Virus record (IMG/VR): IMGVR_UViG_3300021411_000011
Location: 1 to 47,251 of that record
DNA from: a virus
Taxonomy: Duplodnaviria > Caudoviricetes
Reading direction: 5' to 3' (one strand)
DNA length: 47,251 nucleotides
Position numbers and translations under genes: made by a program
Notes under the pieces: model-generated
Database searches by the model: none
The model's input: only the letters and a program-made list of their open reading frames with translations
Told to the model about the DNA's origin: nothing
In this document: piece after piece, positions 23,833 to 34,465 of the stretch
Numbering within the stretch: position 1 is the first letter of the stretch
Layout: the number at the start of each line of letters is the position of its first letter

Positions 23833-24262
23833 GTGGACCGTCCTCGGAAGCGTGCGAGGAGTTCAGCTCTCGTACGCCGATCATCCCCGAAACGATGAGC
23901 GGAACGAGGGCGTACCCGAACCACAGGACCCCGCCACGGACGGCGTAAACCATGCCCAGCGGGTAATGGCCGAGGATGCCCGAGAACAGGTAAGAGAACC
24001 CGTACACGAACGGTGTCAGCGACAGAAGCTGAAACCCCTTGATGTCCCGGGGTGTTGACGTGAAAGCGAACAGAGCGCCCAGGAACCCGAAAACGATCTG
24101 AGTGGTGCCGACGACGGCCGGGGTAGTCGAGTTGAGAATGGGCAGCGCGGCCAGGTTTGCGGGGTTCGCCGCCAACGTCGCCCAGCCGATCATCACCTGC
24201 ACGAACCCAAGGGCCATTAGTACCGCGCCCCGGCGGCCTATGGCCTGCTTTCGTATGCTCAC
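23825..24262 (-). CDS. Four-TM membrane protein (lysis region)
   Basis: Four hydrophobic spans. RBS AAGGGGG before GTG. Confidence 0.75.
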   Translation of the reverse strand: MSIRKQAIGRRGAVLMALGFVQVMIGWATLAANPANLAALPILNSTTPAVVGTTQIVFGFLGALFAFTSTPRDIKGFQLLSLTPFVYGFSYLFSGILGHYPLGMVYAVRGGVLWFGYALVPLIVSGMIGVRELNSSHASEDGPHE

Positions 24263-24272
24263 GGTTTCCCCC

Positions 24273-24848
24273 TTAGATGAAAAATTCGGTGTCATCGAAC
24301 CAAACGTCATTGGGCAGGGTCGGTGTGGTGTTGGGAACCTGAAGTGTGACCGTGCCGTTGGTGTTGAACACGAACCGGCCGTCGGAGTTGCTGGCTATGA
24401 CGCACGGTACGACGCGCTGCTGCGACGGCCGGTAATTGACCGTGGAGTTCGGCAGCGTGAACAGAGAACTGCTGGACGGTGTGGCCAGGCCCCGGAACTC
24501 TACCTTCAGGGAACCCTCAACGATCTTGATGCGGTACTCGATACCCGACAGCGTTGCATTCTGCCAGCCGTGAGCCTGAATACCGTCAGCAACCCGGCCG
24601 GTGGCCAGCACCGACGCCCCCTGTTTCACGAGGATGACCGTATCGTCAACGTACGGGGTGAAGTTGTCCACAAACGCGACGTTGTCGACAACAACGGAAT
24701 CGCCTTGCAGGGCCACGCTGATATCCATCGGAACCGTGTCGTAGTTGACGGCCGTCACAACCCCCTTGAGGACCGTGGAACCCGCCGGAGGTTTCTTGTT
24801 CAACTGGCCGGCCAACGCCCGCAGGGCCGCCTTCTCCGCCGGAGTCAT
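24273..24848 (-). CDS. Minor tail protein
   Basis: ATGA overlap, beta-rich, SLFTLP....RP fibre-like C-terminus. Confidence 0.7.
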   Translation of the reverse strand: MTPAEKAALRALAGQLNKKPPAGSTVLKGVVTAVNYDTVPMDISVALQGDSVVVDNVAFVDNFTPYVDDTVILVKQGASVLATGRVADGIQAHGWQNATLSGIEYRIKIVEGSLKVEFRGLATPSSSSLFTLPNSTVNYRPSQQRVVPCVIASNSDGRFVFNTNGTVTLQVPNTTPTLPNDVWFDDTEFFI

Positions 24849-25966
24849 TCCGCCACCTTCTTCTGCCGCAAGATGAGATCCGAAGTGCCAGACGCCTTCA
24901 GCGGGCACGGCACCGAATCAATGGCGTACACCCCGTCGACATCCGACTCCAGCCGCTGGACGTCCACCACGTCGTTCACGTCCAGTGCGGGGTTCACCAT
25001 TACCGTAGTCGTCAACTGTTCGGAGAATCCCAGCACCTTCGCCAGGGCGGCGTTAGCGGCGGTGTCCGCCTTCGCCTGCGTGGTTACCGTGTCGTCCTGG
25101 ATGGCCTGCGGTACTTCGCCGTACGGGCCTTTGTGGTACGTCAACGACTTGGGGTCGTTGTCCCACACCACAGAACGCACCGGGGGCTTGTCCGTACCGG
25201 GTGACGCCCCGGTGAGTACGACCCCGTTGAAACCCGGTTCGTCGGTGCGACGCTTCGTCAAGTCCAGCATCGTACAGTCCGGGCCTTCTTTGAACGTCCA
25301 GTCGGGGGCAGGTATGTGATTGATGTCAACGGGTGGGGCGATGACAACGTCTCCGTCTGCGTCGAAGTAGATTTCGGCCCCCATGCTGGTCGCCAGGTCT
25401 TCGCATGTCTGCCAAGGGTCGGCGTCTATGTCGTACACCAGGGGGGCGGGTGCGGTGTGCGTTGTTGTCATCGCATCGTAGTCGAGGTCCGCGAAGGTGC
25501 GGGCAAGGATGGCTTTGATGGCGGTGACGATGTTGACGCCCTTCGCGACGGTGTACACAGCCGTGAACTTGTCGCGCTGGACGGTCCGCGAATAGTCGTA
25601 GCCTTCGATGCTGATCTCCGGCGCCCCGTTGCCTTTGTCTACGACACTGGAGTCGGAGATACGGAACACGCCCAGGGGGACGACCTCTTCGGTGCCGTCG
25701 TCGTAGATCACCCCACGGTAGGGGCGCACTTCGGTTCCGTACGGGGCGAGGTAATCCTCGGCGTCCCCCTTGGTCAAAGCCCCCGTTGGGTCGATGCACG
25801 TCATGCTGAGATGCCGGCGGATCGTCGCCGACTTGTCGTTGGACACCGAGCCGTCCGTAGCTGTCAGCCGTATGGTTCCCTTGTTCGGGGGGGTCACGTC
25901 CACGTATGCCAGGACGGTATGGGACTTGCGGATTTCCGCCAGGAAGCGGTCAGTTACGTCTTGCAC
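24845..25966 (-). CDS. Minor tail / baseplate hub protein (DUF5047-like)
   Basis: LAPYGTEVRPYRG...EVVPLGVFRI and NPALDVNDVV. RBS GGGAGG before GTG. Confidence 0.8.
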   Translation of the reverse strand: MQDVTDRFLAEIRKSHTVLAYVDVTPPNKGTIRLTATDGSVSNDKSATIRRHLSMTCIDPTGALTKGDAEDYLAPYGTEVRPYRGVIYDDGTEEVVPLGVFRISDSSVVDKGNGAPEISIEGYDYSRTVQRDKFTAVYTVAKGVNIVTAIKAILARTFADLDYDAMTTTHTAPAPLVYDIDADPWQTCEDLATSMGAEIYFDADGDVVIAPPVDINHIPAPDWTFKEGPDCTMLDLTKRRTDEPGFNGVVLTGASPGTDKPPVRSVVWDNDPKSLTYHKGPYGEVPQAIQDDTVTTQAKADTAANAALAKVLGFSEQLTTTVMVNPALDVNDVVDVQRLESDVDGVYAIDSVPCPLKASGTSDLILRQKKVAE

Positions 25967-25986
25967 GGCAAGCCTCCCTACGACGG

Positions 25987-26016
25987 AAACCGGGGCCCCC
26001 GCGAAGGGGCCCCGGT
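25987..26016 (-). terminator. Intrinsic terminator-like hairpin
   Basis: ACCGGGGCCCC-TTCGCG-GGGGCCCCGGT-TTCC directly after the 1324-aa gene. Confidence 0.7.
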
Positions 26017-26019
26017 ACT

Positions 26020-29000
26020 TTACTGTTCCATGTCGACCTGTTGGAACGACAGCTTGACGTACCGCAAAGGGTTCGTCCACATCTGCCCCGACAGCATCGT
26101 CTCCGAAGGCAGGTCACCCACCGGCCGCACCCACCACGCGTTGTCCATGTTGGACTGAAGGTACAACGCGTGCCCCGAGGTGAGGGTTTGGATGAGCTTC
26201 CGGTACTGAAACCGGTCGACCTCCACGGTGATGGGGATCGTATCGCCCTTGTACCCCTCGGTGAGCACCACCGGCAAATCCCGGCCCAGGGGCTGGAATG
26301 TGCTGTCGGTGTTGACGGTGAGGACCGACAGGGGATCGGCCTTAACCTTCAGCTTCACGGAGTTGGTCTGATCGACCAAGTCCTTCAGCCACCACTCGTC
26401 TGCCTCCAACTGAACCTCGTCGGAATCCGGACCGTACTCGGATGTATAAGACTCGCCCAACAGCCCGTACGACCGAGTGCGTGCCCTGTACTTCCTGGAC
26501 GACAGCGGCACGATCGTCTGATCAACGAACGTACAAAGCCCTGTGAGTTGGTCGAACTTCAGGAGTGCTTTGTCCTGTCCGGGGAGTGACGCCCAGTCTC
26601 CGTAGCCTGTCCCCAGGTCTTCGGCGTAGTCGATGATCGGCCGGGAGAACACCGGGTGGGCGGTGCGACCGGTACCGGAACGGTAGATCGCGTCAGGCCC
26701 GAACCCGACCGACATGCGGTCAAAGTACAGGACATCCCCGATCTGTCGGTCGGTGGTGAACAGCCCGATCTTCACCCTCGTTGTTCCGGGAAGGATGTCG
26801 AACACCGCCGACGAGGGAACCCACGTCGTGTCGTTGTACGAAACCCCCACGGCCGTCTGAGTGTCAATGAGATGCGTACCCACGTAGCAGTACAGCTTGA
26901 GGTACGGCACCCCGGCAACGGAACCGAGGAACGATCCGAGGACGGACATTTTCCCGCCCGCACGTGCTGTCACGGACTTGCTGACATGTGAAATGTCAAC
27001 GTAGGCGACGGTGTTGGCCCCCATGTCGCCCTCAATGGTGGGGGCAATGGGTTTCAGGAACCCCAGCCAAGTGACGGTCTGGTCAACGGCCGAACCGGAC
27101 CCGGGTGTGAACTGCGCGGTCACGGACTGCTCACCCTGAGCGGCAACACCGTTGGAGTCGTACACGGCCAGTGTCAGCCACGGGGGTGACGCAACGCCCG
27201 CCGTTGCGTCCTGCCGTTCCGATTCGTTGGTGCCCGCACCGGGAACCGAACCGGACGGCTTGAGGATGCCGATCCACGTGATGCACGTCCAGGGGTCATC
27301 CGAGGAGTACCCGACCCTGACCTGTGAACCCGTGGACACAGGACCGTTGGAGTCGTACATGCCCAACGTCAGGTCCGGGTAGTCCGTCAACGAAGTGTGA
27401 TAGTCGGACCTTTCAGAGGATTCATTGGATGTGAAGGACGTACCGACCTGTGTGGCGTTACCGAACGAGACTATGCGCCACGCGTTGGAACTTGTGTTCG
27501 TGACGGTAGCCGTCGTCATGGTCGTGCCGGTGCCGGTGGACGAGTTCTCCGCGATGAACTGGGCGGAGGCCAGATCGGCGTTCCGGTACGCGGAACACTG
27601 TGTGATCTTCGGGGTGAACCCTGACGTGTGCGTGCCCGACCATGATGCCGGTTCGGATGCGCCGGCGGTGCGCTTCATGACGGCCATCGTCATGGAACCC
27701 GAGTGCTTGTCACCGTTGCCGTACGTTTTCTGTGTGCGGCGTACCAGCGTCCAGCCTGCGGGCGGAGTGACGGTGGCGACGACCCCGGAAACGGCCAGAG
27801 TGGCGACCATCAGGTCACCGGAAATCACCCCGGACGGCCTGTTGACCGTGAACCCGGTGGTGGTCGTCGCCGAGTTGTAAATCCACGCACCGGCCTTGCC
27901 GACGTACTGAATGGGCGGAGCCGTGGGGGCAATGATGTTCGCCACCGCAGTACCGCCCGCTACGCCGTCCCTGACCGCGAAAGCCGACAGCCGCCACGCA
28001 CCCGCGTTGGAGTTCGTGACCGCTGCCGTCGTGGGGTTGAGGGTGGTTCCGCCCAGTCGCATCTGTTCCGCATCGAATTGCATGGTCGTATCGGCGGCAC
28101 CTCGGTACCGGACGACGGTGGCCCTCTTGCATGCGGTGACGTTGGAGAAGTCGCCGACCCATGTGGCAGGGTCGGCGGCCAGACCGTCACGCATCATGAC
28201 CGTAAGCCCCACCTCGGTCGGCACGTTCGGCTCTTCGATGTAGTCGACCACAACCCATCCGTCCGGGGGGGTTGCCCTGCCGCCGACACTGGACGACACG
28301 TAGGCGACCAACAGGTCACCGTCAGCACCCGAGGCGGGCCGGTTGAGGGTGTAGCCGGTTGCGAACGTGTTGTCGGTGTACGCCGTACCCGTAGAGATGT
28401 AACTGACGGTAGGCGTCACACCCTGGTAGGTGAGACCGAAGGCTTTCGGGGAATCGGAGCCGACCCCGGTGGCCGCAGCACGGGCGTACACGGACGCTGT
28501 GGTGTCCGTTGCCCACGGTTCGGTGGTGATGGGGTCATTGGCGTCCGACGCGCCCGCAGAGAGCAGGTTACGGCTTCCGTGGCCACCGTTCGACCACGCA
28601 CTGTTTGTACCGTACATCAAACCTACGGCGTCGACCCGGTGCATCTCCGCGTTCGCCGGGCCCGAGACGAGCAGCCCCACGGTGGCGTAGCGGGCGCCCA
28701 GGGGGGCGGAACCCGTCGCGGTGACCTCAGTCCACGTACCCGTCACATCGGTGCCCGTGCCCGACAGCACAGACGCGGCGACCTCAACGAACGCATCGTC
28801 GTAGAACCGGATCTCCAGCCCCACCGTGCGACCGGTGACCGCTGCCAGAAACTGTGCCCGGCCTGTGACCGGTGCCAGCTCCGCTATCGCCGTGAACTGA
28901 GACGTGGCCGCCATGTTCGCCGCCGACGACGCCGTTACCGACATCGACCCGCCACCCGTGTTGTAAAACGCCGAAGTGTCCTGCGCCAGAGTTGCGTTCG

Positions 29001-29994
29001 TCCCCACGTACCCCAGTGAATCGGTGGGGGTTTCGAAGTCGCCCTGCTGCATGGACAGGAGGTTGGAGCCGTCCCGCAGCGTCACGTAGGCGTTCGACGT
29101 TACGGAGTCCGCAACCACCGATTCGAAGCCGCCACCACCACCCGTACCGACACCACCGAAGGAGCCACCGGGCGCACCCGGAGCAGACCCCTTCAGGGTG
29201 AACGCCCTGCCGGTCCACGCCGACACAGCCTTTTTTGAAGACGTTGCCTGCACGTACAGGTAGTACGTGTTCGGCGCCAGCGAAGGCAGGTAGAACGAGG
29301 TGACATCCCCCGCCTTGCTCCCCGACTTGTACGGGGTGGCGTTAGACGGGTTGAACGTCCGAACCTCTTGCTGGGCGGCGGTGAACACCTTCCAAGCGGA
29401 AGATGTCAGGTGGTCACCGTCAGCCTGTGAATACGTCCAGTCTACGTAAGGCGCCGAAGAATCAACGGTGCCCGTGGGGTTGTTGACCTTCACCGTAGGC
29501 CGGGGTGAATAGTTCACGACGGCGTAAAACTCGTACACCCGCACCTTGTCCGCAGCGGTACCCGAGTACGTGAACAGTTGGGCGCGAAGGCGGTAGATGC
29601 GATCGATCGTCCACGCCTTGCCCAGGGCATCCTTCGTATACGTGCCCACCTCCACCGTCGTGGGGGAAGTGGTCAACGGGATGGTCCGGGACGTGTACCG
29701 CGATGAGTCGTCGGAGCACATCATCTGAACCGTCAACGTGCGGGCGGTACTATCCGTGGACTCCGCCCGCACCTTGATGGTCACCGACGTGATAACCGCA
29801 CCGTTCGGCACATCAATGGCCGACTCGTCGTAAAACGAGAGGCGCCCCCGCCCCTTGGTCGCCGGGCACTTCGCGTACTTCGAGTCATCGGCCAGGGCGG
29901 ACCAAGCCTGATACAGCTTGGTCACACCCGCGCCCGCGTACGTCCAGCCCTCGTTAAGGAGATCCCCGGTTGCCAAGTCGTTGACCGTAGCCAT
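26020..29994 (-). CDS. Large multidomain tail protein (distal-tail-like C-terminus, carbohydrate-binding-like inserts)
   Basis: 1324 aa, Thr/Ser/Gly-rich, directly after the tape measure. Contains two RP.G...GDL..A...PP.GW domains. Confidence 0.8.
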   Translation of the reverse strand: MATVNDLATGDLLNEGWTYAGAGVTKLYQAWSALADDSKYAKCPATKGRGRLSFYDESAIDVPNGAVITSVTIKVRAESTDSTARTLTVQMMCSDDSSRYTSRTIPLTTSPTTVEVGTYTKDALGKAWTIDRIYRLRAQLFTYSGTAADKVRVYEFYAVVNYSPRPTVKVNNPTGTVDSSAPYVDWTYSQADGDHLTSSAWKVFTAAQQEVRTFNPSNATPYKSGSKAGDVTSFYLPSLAPNTYYLYVQATSSKKAVSAWTGRAFTLKGSAPGAPGGSFGGVGTGGGGGFESVVADSVTSNAYVTLRDGSNLLSMQQGDFETPTDSLGYVGTNATLAQDTSAFYNTGGGSMSVTASSAANMAATSQFTAIAELAPVTGRAQFLAAVTGRTVGLEIRFYDDAFVEVAASVLSGTGTDVTGTWTEVTATGSAPLGARYATVGLLVSGPANAEMHRVDAVGLMYGTNSAWSNGGHGSRNLLSAGASDANDPITTEPWATDTTASVYARAAATGVGSDSPKAFGLTYQGVTPTVSYISTGTAYTDNTFATGYTLNRPASGADGDLLVAYVSSSVGGRATPPDGWVVVDYIEEPNVPTEVGLTVMMRDGLAADPATWVGDFSNVTACKRATVVRYRGAADTTMQFDAEQMRLGGTTLNPTTAAVTNSNAGAWRLSAFAVRDGVAGGTAVANIIAPTAPPIQYVGKAGAWIYNSATTTTGFTVNRPSGVISGDLMVATLAVSGVVATVTPPAGWTLVRRTQKTYGNGDKHSGSMTMAVMKRTAGASEPASWSGTHTSGFTPKITQCSAYRNADLASAQFIAENSSTGTGTTMTTATVTNTSSNAWRIVSFGNATQVGTSFTSNESSERSDYHTSLTDYPDLTLGMYDSNGPVSTGSQVRVGYSSDDPWTCITWIGILKPSGSVPGAGTNESERQDATAGVASPPWLTLAVYDSNGVAAQGEQSVTAQFTPGSGSAVDQTVTWLGFLKPIAPTIEGDMGANTVAYVDISHVSKSVTARAGGKMSVLGSFLGSVAGVPYLKLYCYVGTHLIDTQTAVGVSYNDTTWVPSSAVFDILPGTTRVKIGLFTTDRQIGDVLYFDRMSVGFGPDAIYRSGTGRTAHPVFSRPIIDYAEDLGTGYGDWASLPGQDKALLKFDQLTGLCTFVDQTIVPLSSRKYRARTRSYGLLGESYTSEYGPDSDEVQLEADEWWLKDLVDQTNSVKLKVKADPLSVLTVNTDSTFQPLGRDLPVVLTEGYKGDTIPITVEVDRFQYRKLIQTLTSGHALYLQSNMDNAWWVRPVGDLPSETMLSGQMWTNPLRYVKLSFQQVDMEQ

Positions 29995-32900
29995 CAGTTA
30001 CCTCCCACGCCGGCAATCAGCATCATCTTCAATTGAGGCAACAGCTCAGACTCGACCTGCTGCATTGTCTCTTCGGTTACGGGGCCGTTGACGTTGACCT
30101 GAATGGACCCGTTCTCAAACTTCACAGTCGCCCCGCCGTCGCCCATGGTTCGGGTGCGGTTGGAGGGAATAACCTTGTCTCCGGTTCCGAACCGAGCCCA
30201 CTCCGGGCCGTTCTCCCCGACCTTGTGCCAACCCCTCGTTGCCGAGGTGGTGCCCAGGCTGTAGCCCTTCGGGGGCATTGAGGCGTTGGCCTGCTGCACG
30301 TTGGTGATATTGCCGTAGGTCGCCCGGATGTACCGGATCGCTGCGGCAATGTTCGACACCGGGTCGAGAATGTTCGTGTACCCCGGCATGTGGTACGCGT
30401 CGAACGTAGGCTGGATGACCTGTGCCAGACCCTTCGAGGGGTGACCGGCGGCGGCGTTGGAGTCGGAACCGTTGACCGCACCCGAATTCCAGCCGGACTC
30501 GCGCTGAATCAGGGTGTTCAGTCCTGATTCCCACTGCTCCAACGTTCCAGGAGGGGGCGTCCCTGTCAGCTTCAACGCTTGGTCGATGATGTTCTTGTGC
30601 TCGCCAACGGGGATGACCCCGCCACCCATTGAAGCCTTCATGCCGTAATGCATGGGGAACATGGGGTCGTTCCAGCCGCGTGCGGCCGGACCCGAACGAA
30701 CACGCGGAGGGGTCGCCTCATAGTTCTTGTTGTTCAGGGTTCCCGCCATATGGCCAACGCCCTCGTTGGTGACACCGACCATGAACGGGGCCTTCAGGTC
30801 CCGCTCGAACGTCGCCGGGCCCTTCTTCGCACCCGTGAACGCGAACGTCGTGAACAGGGGCGACGCGGTCTTGCCCAGGATGACCTGGGCGATACCCGAC
30901 ATGAAGTTGGAACAGTCCATCGTGGCACCGAACCCGCCCAGTTGGTACGGCTTGCCGACCTGGGCGTCGGCCCACTTCTGGGCGCCGGCCGTGTTACCGC
31001 CCGACGTGGGGGCAATATCGTGCGCGGTGATCCACTTCTTTATGTAGTTCGCCATGGTCTGGATCAAACCGTCGTTCTTCACCGTGGTGTCCTGGGGGTT
31101 CTTGCCCCCGGTGTGACCGAGGGAGTTGCCGCCCGCGATCAACTTTTCCATCATCGGCGAACCCGGAATGATCTTCTTCACGGCGGTCTTGCCACCATCG
31201 GCAGCTTTCTGAATCAGCGGATTGATGATCCCGCCGATAGCGCCCAGGGCCAACTTTTCAAGCTTCTTCAGGATGTCGCCGCCAAAGCCGGTGACGGCAT
31301 TGAATCCACCCTTGACGGCGCCCGTGATTCCGCCGAGGATGTCTCCGGGGTCGGGGATGATGCCGCCCAGCGCGTACGAGTTGGCACCGTTCTTGCCGTT
31401 GGAGCCCTTCAGGCGCACAGGCTTGCCGCCCATGGCGTCGGACCGCAGGGAAGCCACCGCACCATGTCCACCGGCGCCACGGACTTCCTTAGCGGTCCAC
31501 ACGTGCTCGCCGGCCGACAGGTTCGCCGGCACCGAGTCGGACGTGGCCGTACCGAACCCGTTGACCTTGCCGCCCTTCGCGAAGTTGGGCAGGGTGAAGT
31601 TCGACAGCTTGGGTGCGCCGAACACGCCGGCGACCTTGTTCCACAGGGACACGATGCCCTTGTTGTAGACGACGTTCACGACGGCTTGGATCGGGTCACG
31701 GACAAGCTTCTTCAGCTTAGCCCACGCCTTGCCCAACGCCGTTGCCGACGCGTTGAACGCAGCCGGTATCGTCTTGAGGAAGAAGTTTTTGACCGGGTTC
31801 CAGAACGTGTTCCGCAACCACGAAGACCCTTGGTTGAACATGGCCTTGATGTGGTTCCAGAACACGATGCACGCGGACCGAACCTGATTCCATGCCGCTA
31901 TCACGTAGTTGCGGATGAACGACCACGCCGCAGACCAACCAGCCTTTACGGCATTCAACGCTGCGTTGAACGTCGACTTCATGGCATTCCAGAACGCAAC
32001 TGCCGCACCACGAATCTGGTTCCAAGCCGCGATGGCGTAGTTTTTGATGAACGTCCACACCGCAGACCAGGCCGCCTTGAGGGCGTTGGAGAACGTCGCC
32101 CACGAAAGGCCAAGCCGTCCAAGGGTGTTGTCCCACATTTTGCCGATGATGCCCCAGATGACGGCCACCATGTTTTTGATGGCGTTCCACATCCCCGACC
32201 AATTCCCTGTGAACAGGTTCTTGAAAATGTTGAATATGCCCTGGAAGTAGGCCCACAACAGAGACCACATGAGCTTGAGCTGATTCCAGTAGAATACGGC
32301 GGACGCTTTGATGACCATCCAGCACCAATTCCATGCGGCGACCAACGCCCGCGACACAACACCCCAGTTGGCGACCAGCATGTAAATCGCTGCACCCAGG
32401 GCCGCAATCGCTAGGATTACCAGGAAGATCGGGGACAGCAGCACAGCAAGGGCCGCGTCCAGCAACCAAGTTGCGGCCGCCCACGCGCCCGTGGCGACGG
32501 CGCATATACCCGACCATATGGCCATTGCCCCGGCGGCAATGACCGTGCCTAGTGCGGCAAGGCGGGTCATTTCCATGCCCGACGCTGCGGCAATGGCGGA
32601 GTCTGCCAGAAGCCAGTTGACCCCGGCGGCGACGGCGGCAACGCCCGTGTAAAGCATCATGGACACACGGATGCCCTCATAGGCGACCGCGATGGCCTGA
32701 ATCATCCACACCGGCATGGCCGCTATGACCTTCGCCAGGGCGGTGGCAAGACCGAGCGCACCCGGACCCAACCCCGCCAGGGACTGGCCCACATGCCCCA
32801 GGGCCATGCCCAACGCCTTCAGGAACTCCCGGACTTGCGGCCCGTTGTCGTGCACGTATTGCATGAACCGTGCGAACCCGCCACCGTCAGCCCACTTCCG

Positions 32901-33619
32901 CAACGATGCGGCGCCCCGGTCGATGGCCGCCGAGATGGGTACGATCATCGGGGCCATGGCACGGAAGCCGTCGCCCAGCACTCGGATGACGGACCGGCCG
33001 GCGTTCATCAGGTGATCAAGTGCGGGCACACCCGTCTTTATGATCAGGTCGGTGTACTGCTTCAGGGCTTTGCCGTTCGTCCACTTCAGGAACGCTTCCG
33101 ACACCTTCTTTATGACAGGGTAGAACCCATTGAAAATCGGGATGAGCATCTTCGATGCGTTAGTCAGTCCCTTGATGCCATCGGTGGCTATGCGAAGGGA
33201 CTTGCCGCCCGTCTTCTCATAGAAGTTGTCCGTGGCCTGACTGAGTGAGTTCAGCGCCCGCAGGTAGACTTGCATGTCCTTCGGGGCTGCGCCGATGTTC
33301 CCACGAAACGTCTGGGCGGCGGCCGTGGCGCGCTTCATGCTCATACCCACGACGCCCAGGCCGATGCCGGCCGACACACCCATGGCAAGGAACCCCGCAC
33401 CAACCCCCAGGGCAACGCCCGAAAGGGGGATGAGTGCGGGGGCCAGGCCGAGTGCGGCCGTCGTGAGCGCGTTGAACGACACCTTCGTACTGGCCATGCC
33501 TACATTGACCGTACCAAGGTCATCGTTCAGTCCGCGCACATCACGACGGGCCGCCGAAACACCGCGACCGCTGTACGTCGAAAAGATGCTAAAAAGCCTA
33601 GCGAAGTTGTCGTCGCCAT
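29994..33619 (-). CDS. Tape measure protein with NlpC/P60-like and SLT domains; frame break near 33591-33595
   Basis: Trp-periodic repeats, QVGKPYQLGG...DCS...GHM and QRESGWN...SKGLAQV. The RBS-supported ATG at 33619 is out of frame with the long ORF, whose in-frame GTG is at 33539. Confidence 0.9.
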
Positions 33620-33638
33620 GGCTACCACCTGCCCCTCT

Positions 33639-33968
33639 TTAGCTATCTGACCCGTCGTCGTCCTGCGGTCGCCTGTGCCAGTTCCGCGCCCGGGGGAAGT
33701 CGGTCGGGGCGGGAATCGGATTATCCTTGCCGTCCTTGTCCGCGAAGTTCGCCTGCCCGAACGAGTAGTTGAGGGCCTGCAACTGTTCGTGAATGGCGGC
33801 AAGGGCTTCGTTGCTCACATCCTGGTCGAGTGGGCCGGTGGCCATTTCGTACGCGCGCCACATGGCCCACTCCCGGGACGTGATCTCTGACAGCATGCGG
33901 CGGACATCGATCCGCCCCATTCGAAGGGCTAGGCGGTAGCCGAACCTTCGTCCGGGGTCGTCTCGAAA
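33639..33968 (-). CDS. Tail assembly chaperone frameshift extension (gpT part)
   Basis: The -1 frame of the upstream gene reads FRDDPGRRFGYRLALRMGRIDVRRMLSEITSREWAMWRAYE. Position matches lambda G-T. Confidence 0.75.
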   Translation of the reverse strand, partial: FRDDPGRRFGYRLALRMGRIDVRRMLSEITSREWAMWRAYEMATGPLDQDVSNEALAAIHEQLQALNYSFGQANFADKDGKDNPIPAPTDFPRARNWHRRPQDDDGSDS

Positions 33969-34384
33969 GAATCCGCCAACTCCTCAATCAGGTCGTCGGA
34001 GATGTCCGACAGTTCCTGTGCGGCGTTGCACACCCGCTGGAGAGCCGCCGACGACTTCTGACCGAGACGGACCACGGCCGCGCCGGAGAACAGCTTCTCG
34101 CCCTGGGCGTTGACACAGGAGGCGGCGACGAGGCGGGCGCGGACGTTCGCCCGGTTGTCCTGCGTCGAGCCGTCCTTCTTCATCTTCACCATGGACGTTT
34201 CGTATGCGTCCCTCTCGGCGCCCGTGAGGGTACGAATCCGCACGACGGCGTTCTTCGACCACTCCGGAACCTTCACGTCTCGGGTGGTGAGGTCGTCGGC
34301 GTTGAGGATGTCATCTGCGCCCAGAAGGACGGCGTTCGGGTCGGACTCTTCGCTGTGTTCGAACTTCTTCGGCTCGGAAGTCAT
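33929..34384 (-). CDS. Tail assembly chaperone (gpG-like)
   Basis: ILNADDL...VPEW...VRIRTLTGAERDAYE...RARLVA. RBS GAAGGAG. Confidence 0.85.
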   Translation of the reverse strand: MTSEPKKFEHSEESDPNAVLLGADDILNADDLTTRDVKVPEWSKNAVVRIRTLTGAERDAYETSMVKMKKDGSTQDNRANVRARLVAASCVNAQGEKLFSGAAVVRLGQKSSAALQRVCNAAQELSDISDDLIEELADSFETTPDEGSATA

Positions 34385-34417
34385 TGCGGGTTTCTCCTTC
34401 GTGTGTGCGGGTTGCGG

Positions 34418-34455
34418 GAAAAGGTGGCGCCCACGGACCCGCGACCGTGGGCGCC
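34418..34455 (-). terminator. Hairpin/terminator before the chaperone gene
   Basis: GGCGCCCACGG-TCGCGGGT-CCGTGGGCGCC followed by ACCTTTT. Confidence 0.65.
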
Positions 34456-34465
34456 CGTACTTGGG

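Noticed and set aside
26020-29994. Diversity-generating retroelement or invertible tail cassette
   Set aside because: No reverse transcriptase or invertase. The repeated domains are similar only at protein level.
30648-32414. Long plus-strand ORFs (also 24102-25319, 27703-29019, 37617-38930, 41422-42807, 8269-9186, 13011-13919)
   Set aside because: Antisense shadows of real high-GC genes, with no recognisable motifs and V/D/R/H/G-rich composition.
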